Assembly (NCBI GenBank): GCA_029100605.1
Contig: JAQXPK010000093.1
Span: 1,851-65,850 of the forward strand
Direction: 5' to 3'
DNA length: 64,000 bases
Origin: Bacillota bacterium
GTDB taxonomy: Bacteria > Bacillota > Clostridia > Oscillospirales > Oscillospiraceae
In this document: positions 57,448-64,000 of the stretch, piece by piece
Position numbering within the stretch: the first letter of the stretch is position 1
Layout of the letters: each line of letters begins with the position of its first letter
Translations under genes and position numbers: made by a program
Notes under the pieces: generated by a model
Databases searched by the model: none
Told to the model about the DNA's origin: nothing
What the model saw: only the letters and a program-made list of their open reading frames with translations

Positions 57448-57476
57448 TTGACTTTATTCCGCTTTTGTTGTATAAT
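57448..57476 (+). promoter_or_regulatory. Sigma-A promoter of the LRR gene
   Basis: TTGACT-17 nt-TATAAT. Confidence 0.75.
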
Positions 57477-57508
57477 TTCCTGAGATTCTCTTGAAACGGA
57501 GCATTTTT

Positions 57509-59221
57509 ATGAAGAAAGTCATCCGAATTCTGGTGCCGCTTCTTCTGGCAGCGCTGATCATCGCCAGCATCGGCTGGTATCTGTTTGAATATGACCGGGA
57601 CTTTACTCGGGATTTTTTGCTGACCCAGGCTCGCTATAATGACCTCCACGGCAATTCCCGCCTGTCCTCCTGGTTTTACGACCTGGCCTATGACTTCTCC
57701 GGTCATGACGAGAACGTAGCCATCGAGCTGGCGAACCTTTATAAAGCGGACGGCAACTACACCAAAGCGGAGTACACCCTGACCACCGCCATCAACAGCG
57801 AACCCACCGTGGAGCTGTTCACCGCCCTGTGCAAAACCTATGTGGAGCAGGACAAGCTGCTGGACGCCGTCGCCCTGCTGGACAAGATCACCGACCCCCA
57901 GATCAAGGCCGAAATTGAAGCCCAGCGTCCCGACGCCCCCATCAGCGACCATGAGCCCGGCTATTACAGCCAGTATATTGACGTTACCCTCTATGCCGCC
58001 GGCAAGCTCTACTATACCACCACCGGGGAATACCCCTCCATTGCGGATCCGGTGTACACCGCGCCCATCTCCCTGCCCGCCGGCGAAACCACCATCTATG
58101 CCATCGCCGTTGGGGATAACGGTCTGGTCAGTCCCCTGACGATTCTGGGCTACACCATCACCGGCGTCATTGAGGAGGTTACCTTCGCGGATCCTGCCAT
58201 GGAGGCCGCTCTTCGAGAGGCCACCGGCACCCGGGAGGGCGACCCGGTCTACACCAGCCAGCTGTGGCAGCTCACCGAATTCACCGTCCCCGAGGACACC
58301 AAGACCTATACCGACCTCACCTTCCTGCCCTATCTGGAGAAGCTGACCATAGCCAACCAGCACATTGACACCCTGGCAAACCTCGCCTCTCTGGCAAAGC
58401 TGAAGGAATTGGATCTCAGCGGCAGCCGGTTTGACGCGGACGAGCTTTCCGTCCTGGCTTCCCTTCCCTCTTTAACCAAGCTCAGCATGGCAAACTGCGG
58501 CTTGAGCACCGTTGAAAAGCTGGCGGGCGCTCAGAGCCTGACGGAGCTTGACCTCAGCGAAAACACCGTCCGGAATCTGGAACCCCTGTCCGCCATGACC
58601 ACGCTGACCAGCCTGAATCTGCGGCACAACGCGGTAACCAGCCTGTCCGCCCTGAACGGTCTGGGCAATCTTCAGACGCTGGATGTGGCTTATAACGCCC
58701 TGACCTCCCTGGCTCCCATCGCCACCTGTGTCCGCTTGACCCAGCTGCTGGCGGACAACAACCAGCTGACCGCTCTGGACGGCGTGGACAATCTGCAGCT
58801 GCTCAGCCGCCTGTCCGTAAGCTACAACGCCCTGACAGACGTATCGCTTCTGTCCGCCAACACCGGCCTGACCGACCTGAACATTGCCAACAATACCATT
58901 ACGGACATTTCCGCCCTGTCCACCCTGGTGGGTCTGCAGAAGTTTGACTTCTCCGCCAATCAGATCGCGGCGCTGCCCGAATGGCCCGACGGCTGCAAGC
59001 TGGAAACCATCGACGGCTCCCATAACGCGCTGACCAGTCTGGACAACCTGAGCAAGATGCAGTCCCTTGTCTACGTCTACATGGACTACAACCAGATCAC
59101 CAATATCGACTCTCTGGCGAACTGCTACTGTCTCGTGCAGGTCAATGTATTTGGCAACGAAATCAAGGATGTCTCCGCCCTGCGGGAGCATGACATCATC
59201 GTCAACTACGATCCCACCTAA
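57509..59221 (+). CDS. Membrane-anchored leucine-rich-repeat protein (TPR-like helices, chitobiase/Fn3-associated domain, internalin-like LRRs)
   Basis: N-terminal TM; PGYY..YYTTTGEYP..YTAPI..TIYAIAV; about 12 repeats of LxxLxxLxLxxNxLxxL. Confidence 0.85.
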   Translation: MKKVIRILVPLLLAALIIASIGWYLFEYDRDFTRDFLLTQARYNDLHGNSRLSSWFYDLAYDFSGHDENVAIELANLYKADGNYTKAEYTLTTAINSEPTVELFTALCKTYVEQDKLLDAVALLDKITDPQIKAEIEAQRPDAPISDHEPGYYSQYIDVTLYAAGKLYYTTTGEYPSIADPVYTAPISLPAGETTIYAIAVGDNGLVSPLTILGYTITGVIEEVTFADPAMEAALREATGTREGDPVYTSQLWQLTEFTVPEDTKTYTDLTFLPYLEKLTIANQHIDTLANLASLAKLKELDLSGSRFDADELSVLASLPSLTKLSMANCGLSTVEKLAGAQSLTELDLSENTVRNLEPLSAMTTLTSLNLRHNAVTSLSALNGLGNLQTLDVAYNALTSLAPIATCVRLTQLLADNNQLTALDGVDNLQLLSRLSVSYNALTDVSLLSANTGLTDLNIANNTITDISALSTLVGLQKFDFSANQIAALPEWPDGCKLETIDGSHNALTSLDNLSKMQSLVYVYMDYNQITNIDSLANCYCLVQVNVFGNEIKDVSALREHDIIVNYDPT

Positions 59222-59228
59222 CCGATTC

Positions 59229-59264
59229 AAAATACCCGCTGCTCTTGTGGCAGCGGGCATTTTT
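59229..59264. terminator. Bidirectional terminator between LRR gene and cinA-like gene
   Basis: AAAAT-ACCCGCTGC...GCAGCGGGC-ATTTTT. Confidence 0.7.
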
Positions 59265-59267
59265 CTG

Positions 59268-59732
59268 TCATGGATTGTATTTCAATATCAGCTTCAGCGC
59301 GGCTTCGACGGTCTGGTTTCGCACAGCCTCCCGGTCACCGGAAAAGTGATACACGTTTACGACGGTATGCGCCGGATCCTTGTATCCGATGAACACCGTT
59401 CCCACGCTGTGACCGAATTCGTCCCCGCCGGGGCCGGCAAGGCCGGTCACCGCCACCGCCACATCCGCTTTCAGCAGCTTCCGGACGCCGGAAACCAGAT
59501 ACCCCGCCGTCCACTGGGACACCGCGCCGTACCGTTCCAGGATTTCCGCCGGAACCCCCAAGATGTTCTCCTTGACCCAGTTGGTGTAGCAGATGATGCC
59601 GCCCTTGTAAACCTCGCTGCTGCCGGGAACCTGGGTAAGCGCCGCACCGATGCCGCCCCCGGTGAGGCTCTCGGCGGTAACCAGGGATTTGCCCTTCAGG
59701 GCGGCGAGGACATCACAGCAAAGGCTCGTCAT
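59268..59732 (-). CDS. Nicotinamide-nucleotide amidohydrolase (PncC / CinA C-terminal domain)
   Basis: TAESLTGG, PGSS, YTNWVK, GAVS, TGLAGPGG, GDREAVR; start MTSLC at 59732. Confidence 0.9.
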   Translation of the reverse strand: MTSLCCDVLAALKGKSLVTAESLTGGGIGAALTQVPGSSEVYKGGIICYTNWVKENILGVPAEILERYGAVSQWTAGYLVSGVRKLLKADVAVAVTGLAGPGGDEFGHSVGTVFIGYKDPAHTVVNVYHFSGDREAVRNQTVEAALKLILKYNP

Positions 59733-60903
59733 GATATGCCACCTTGACCTTTTCCACGCTCTCCAGCGCCCGGGCAATCAGCGCTTCCCGGTCCAGATTC
59801 TTTTCCGCGTTCACGACCTGCCCCAATGTAGGCTTGGTCTTGGGGTGCTTGGGGGTAAAGACGGTACAGCAGTCCTCATAGGGCAGAATTGAAGTGTCCA
59901 GAGTGCCGATTTCCCGGGCAATGGCGATGATGTCCTTCTTGTCCATGCCCACCAAGGGCATGAAAATGGGCATATCCACCACCGCGCCGGTGACGGTCAT
60001 GGCCTCCATGGTCTGAGACGCCACCTGACCCAGATTCTCTCCGGTGATCAGCGCGCCGCAGCCGTCGCACCGCGCAATGCGCTGGGCAATCTCCATCATA
60101 AACCGGCGCATGATCAGCGTAAAAAACTCCTCCGGGCAGTGATCCCGAATGGCCTCCTGAATCTCTGTAAAGGAGACAATGTTCACGGTCATCCGCCCGG
60201 AATACTTGGTCACCAGTCGGGCAAGCTCCAGCACCTTGTCCTTCGCCAGCTGGGAGGTGTAGGGATAGGAGAAGAAGTGCACAGCCTCCACCTCCACGCC
60301 CCGCTTGGCCATCATATACGCCGCCACGGGAGAATCGATTCCGCCGGAGAGCAGTACCATGGCCCGACCCCCCACGCCGATGGGCAGACCCCCCGCCCCG
60401 GGTTCCGCGGGGCCGTGGACATAGGCGGACAGGTCACGCACCTCCACATACACGGTATATTCCGGATGGTGGACATCCACCTCCACCCCTGGATGGGCTT
60501 CCGCCAGCCGGCCGCCGATCTCCTGGGACAGCTGGATGGAGGTCAGGGGGAAGGTCTTGTCGGAGCGCTTGGACTCCACCTTGAAGGACTTGGCGCAGTC
60601 CAGGTCGTCCCCCAGATAGTTTTCGATGGCGTCAAAAATGGCGTCCAGGCTCTTTTCGCAGGGGCGGCACCGGCACAGGCTCACCACGCCGAAAATGGAT
60701 CTGCATGCCTCCCAGGCGCCGTCCACGTCCGCCTGATCGTCCAGCGGCTCCACATACACCGTGGACTGCAAGATATACACGTCAAAATTGCCGTATTTTT
60801 TCATCCGGCGGCGGACATTCTGCCGGAGCTTATTCTCAAACTGGCGCTTGTTCGCGCCCTTCAGGACGATCTCGCCCAGCTTTAACAGGAAGATTTCTTT
60901 CAT
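59713..60903 (-). CDS. thiI: tRNA 4-thiouridine synthase ThiI
   Basis: GEIVLKGANK, THUMP domain, LLSGGIDSPVA, TGENLGQVASQT, PYEDCC; start MKEIF at 60903. Confidence 0.95.
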   Translation of the reverse strand: MKEIFLLKLGEIVLKGANKRQFENKLRQNVRRRMKKYGNFDVYILQSTVYVEPLDDQADVDGAWEACRSIFGVVSLCRCRPCEKSLDAIFDAIENYLGDDLDCAKSFKVESKRSDKTFPLTSIQLSQEIGGRLAEAHPGVEVDVHHPEYTVYVEVRDLSAYVHGPAEPGAGGLPIGVGGRAMVLLSGGIDSPVAAYMMAKRGVEVEAVHFFSYPYTSQLAKDKVLELARLVTKYSGRMTVNIVSFTEIQEAIRDHCPEEFFTLIMRRFMMEIAQRIARCDGCGALITGENLGQVASQTMEAMTVTGAVVDMPIFMPLVGMDKKDIIAIAREIGTLDTSILPYEDCCTVFTPKHPKTKPTLGQVVNAEKNLDREALIARALESVEKVKVAYHDEPLL

Positions 60904-60922
60904 AGTCAATACCTCTTTATTC

Positions 60923-61400
60923 AGTGTGGAATATGGAGTGCGGCGTGAACGAAGCGTGGAGTGTGGAGTTAAGGTATCCACTTCGTGGATGATTGAATAC
61001 TGTTTCTTTCCCTTAATGTAACTGTTCAGTCGTACCCGAAATTCCTCATATAAATGATCGTTTATCTATGTTGGTTGCTGTGGCGCGGGAGCGCCCAAAG
61101 CCTCCCTTGTGCAAAGGGAGGTGGCTTAAGTAGCGCACACTGGTGACGAAGGGATTGCCGCAGTAGAATGTAGCGTATTCGCCAAAGTACAGGCGAATTG
61201 GGGACATTTTACCACACAATCCCTCAGTCGCTTCGCGACAGCTCCCTTTACACAAGGGAGCCTTGGGTGCGCATCCCACCCCGGCTGAACCAACGGACAT
61301 TGGTGCGATAAACGATCATTTACGTGAAACGATCTACCACGACTGAATAGTTACCCCTTAATGAAAATAACTCCACTCTCCACTCTCAACTCTCCACTCT
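60923..61400. repeat. Heptamer-arm inverted repeat (AGTGTGG)n ... (CCACTCT)n, loop interrupted by a MITE
   Basis: AGTGTGG AATATGG AGTGCGG..AGCGTGG AGTGTGG AGTTA at 60923-60971; TAACT CCACTCT CCACTCT CAACTCT CCACTCT at 61368-61400. Confidence 0.8.
61018..61354. mobile_element. Non-autonomous MITE (337 bp) with 16-bp terminal inverted repeats, 8-bp target-site duplication and nested internal palindromes
   Basis: TIRs GTAACTGTTCAGTCGT / ACGACTGAATAGTTAC (15/16); flanked on both sides by CCCTTAAT (61010-61017, 61355-61362). Confidence 0.85.
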
Positions 61401-61421
61401 AACGCCTGACTCCCAACGAAT

Positions 61422-62936
61422 CTACCGATTTCCCAAATTCACCGCCCGGTACTGGATGGCCTCGGCGATATGCTGAGGCTGGATTTCTTCGCTGCCGTCC
61501 AGGTCGGCGACGGTTCGGGCGACCTTCAGAATCCGGTCATAGCTTCTCGCCGTCAGGCCCATGGTTTCAAAGGCATTTTTCATCAGGCCGGCGCATTCAT
61601 CGCTTAAAGCGCAGTAGCGGCGCATTTCCTCCGGTCCCATCCGGGCATTGCACATTCCGCCGGAGCCGAAGCGCCGGTTCTGAATGTCCCGGGCGGCGTT
61701 GACCCTCTGCTTCACCGCTGCGGACGGCTCCGCCTCCGCCCGGTTTCGCAGGTCTTCGAAGTGAACGGAGGGCACCTCCACCACAATATCAATTCTGTCC
61801 AAAAGCGGCCCGGAAATCCGGCTGCGATAATTCTCCACCGCCGCTTCCGAACAATGGCACCGCCCGGAAGGGTCGCCGTACCAGCCGCATTTGCAGGGGT
61901 TCATAGCGCACACCAGCATGAATTCCGCGGGATACGTCACCGCTCCGGAGACCCGGGAGATGGTGACCTTCCCGTCCTCCAGCGGCTGGCGCATCAAGTC
62001 CAGGGTGTCCTTTCGGAACTCCGGCATCTCGTCCAGAAACAGCACCCCCTTGTGGGCAAGGGAGATTTCTCCGGGTCGGGGGTTGGAGCCGCCGCCGGCA
62101 AGTCCGGCGTTGGACACCGTATGGTGGGGCGACCGGAAAGGCCGCCGGGTCACCAGGGGATTCTGAGGCGTCAGCATCCCCATGACGGAATAAATCTGGC
62201 TGACCTCCAGGGATTCCTCCCAGGTCATGTCCGGCAGGATGGAGGGCAGGCGCTTGCTGAGCATACTTTTCCCGGAGCCGGGCGGGCCGATGAGCAGCAC
62301 GTTGTGGCTGCCTGCCGCCGCCACCTCCAGAGCACGCTTCACGTTTTCCTGCCCCAGCACATCCTTGAAGTCGGGCATAGGGGTGTCGTCCCGGGTGGGC
62401 ACCCACAGCGGCTCCTCCTGCAAAACCGTCTCCCCGTTCAGTCCCGCCGCCAGCTCGGCAACGTTGTGAATGGGGTACACCGCCGGCCCCCGGGCAAGGG
62501 TGGCCTCCGGCGCGTTTTCCGCCGGGACGAACAGCGCCTGAATTCCCTCCCGTTTGGCAGCCAGCGCCATGGGCAGTACGCCGGATATGGGGCGCAGGGT
62601 GCCGTCCAGGCTCAGCTCTCCCAAAAAGGCGCTGGTGGATTTGGGGCGGCGAACGCTGCCGCAGGCCGCGAGAATACTGAGCAGAATGGGCAGATCATAG
62701 TGGGTGCCCGCCTTTTTCAGGCTGGCGGGGGCGAGATTCACGGTAATACGGCTGACGGGAAAGCTCAGATGGCTGCTTTTTGCCGCCGCCCGCACCCGAT
62801 CCCGGGCTTCCTTCACCGCCGCGTCGGGCAGTCCCACGATGTCAAAGCCGGGAAGCCCCTGGGAGATATAGCATTCCGCCGTGACGGCGCTGCCCTGAAT
62901 CCCGGAAATTCCCAACGTCCGAACGCTGCAAATCAT
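61422..62936 (-). CDS. comM: ComM/YifB Mg-chelatase-like AAA+ ATPase
   Basis: IVGLPDAAVKEARDRV, NLAPA, GPPGSGKSML, PFRSPHH, GEISLAHKGVLFLDE, AMNPCKCG. Confidence 0.93.
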   Translation of the reverse strand: MICSVRTLGISGIQGSAVTAECYISQGLPGFDIVGLPDAAVKEARDRVRAAAKSSHLSFPVSRITVNLAPASLKKAGTHYDLPILLSILAACGSVRRPKSTSAFLGELSLDGTLRPISGVLPMALAAKREGIQALFVPAENAPEATLARGPAVYPIHNVAELAAGLNGETVLQEEPLWVPTRDDTPMPDFKDVLGQENVKRALEVAAAGSHNVLLIGPPGSGKSMLSKRLPSILPDMTWEESLEVSQIYSVMGMLTPQNPLVTRRPFRSPHHTVSNAGLAGGGSNPRPGEISLAHKGVLFLDEMPEFRKDTLDLMRQPLEDGKVTISRVSGAVTYPAEFMLVCAMNPCKCGWYGDPSGRCHCSEAAVENYRSRISGPLLDRIDIVVEVPSVHFEDLRNRAEAEPSAAVKQRVNAARDIQNRRFGSGGMCNARMGPEEMRRYCALSDECAGLMKNAFETMGLTARSYDRILKVARTVADLDGSEEIQPQHIAEAIQYRAVNLGNR

Positions 62937-62965
62937 TGCTTCCACCCTTTTCTCCGTTTTTCTCC

Positions 62966-62994
62966 ATCATACCCCACGGACGCGAAAAAGGCAA
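62966..62994 (-). promoter_or_regulatory. Probable sigma-A promoter of comM-thiI-pncC
   Basis: TTGCCT-17 nt-TATGAT on minus strand. Confidence 0.6.
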
Positions 62995-63172
62995 TCCCTT
63001 TTTGAGAAAACCTGAGCGCTTCCTATTGTGAGTGTCCGTGACCGATCGGCGCACCAGAGGCTTCCCATCCTGCCAATCCGCCGGAATCCTTCCTGCTTTA
63101 CAAGCTGTACAGTTTTGCAAACCCTTTCTTGTGGAAAAGCATGAAATTTTTTAGGGAGCGTCGTTTGATGGC

Positions 63173-63201
63173 TTTACAAACCGTGGGGGAAGTGGTATGA
63201 T
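63173..63201 (+). promoter_or_regulatory. Probable sigma-A promoter of nifJ
   Basis: TTTACA-17 nt-TATGAT with TG extension. Confidence 0.7.
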
Positions 63202-63229
63202 ATGAGGGACAAAATTTGTAATACTTTAG

Positions 63230-64000
<771 letters not shown>

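Noticed and set aside
61046-61300. 84-aa ORF inside the MITE
   Set aside because: Translation of palindromic repeat DNA; no transposase motifs
63129-63155. Possible Rex operator upstream of nifJ
   Set aside because: Poor match to TTGTGAA-N4-TTCACAA

Overview
GC-rich, spore-forming Clostridia chromosomal window (Oscillospiraceae-like by gene content and style; taxonomy is inference). Left third is housekeeping: htpG with a CIRCE operator, an ABC-F ATPase, argS, rpsU, and an smc-ftsY-rdgB-yhbY-nadD/yqeK-rsfS-leuS run. The centre (15.4-48.1 kb) is a ~33 kb surface-glycan locus. It has a Wzx/Wzy operon (capD-like, initiating transferase, fnlABC L-FucNAc pathway, 5 GT4), a separately promoted Wzm/Wzt operon (13 glycosyltransferases including a GT10 fucosyltransferase, plus a deacetylase), and a convergent GtrII-like GT-C. 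The right part holds a NahK-like kinase, a sortase-anchored thioester/pilin-type protein, spoIID, an AEC transporter, tRNA-Ala(CGC), a methyltransferase, tex, an LRR protein, a CinA/PncC domain, thiI, comM and a partial nifJ. No transposase, integrase, phage or CRISPR array was seen. Most unusual signals: (1) four intergenic hairpins whose arms are tandem 7-mers, each with a different 7-mer, filling the spacer from stop codon to RBS; (2) a nested palindromic MITE with an 8-bp target duplication inside one of them; (3) a surface protein that appears to have lost nearly all its thioester, isopeptide and pilin bond-forming residues; (4) the dual-export glycan architecture with a terminal GT10; (5) a natural E-to-Q dead site in the ABC-F; (6) a 67-nt hairpin repeated 40 kb apart. 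All protein calls are by-eye motif recognition; no searches were run.
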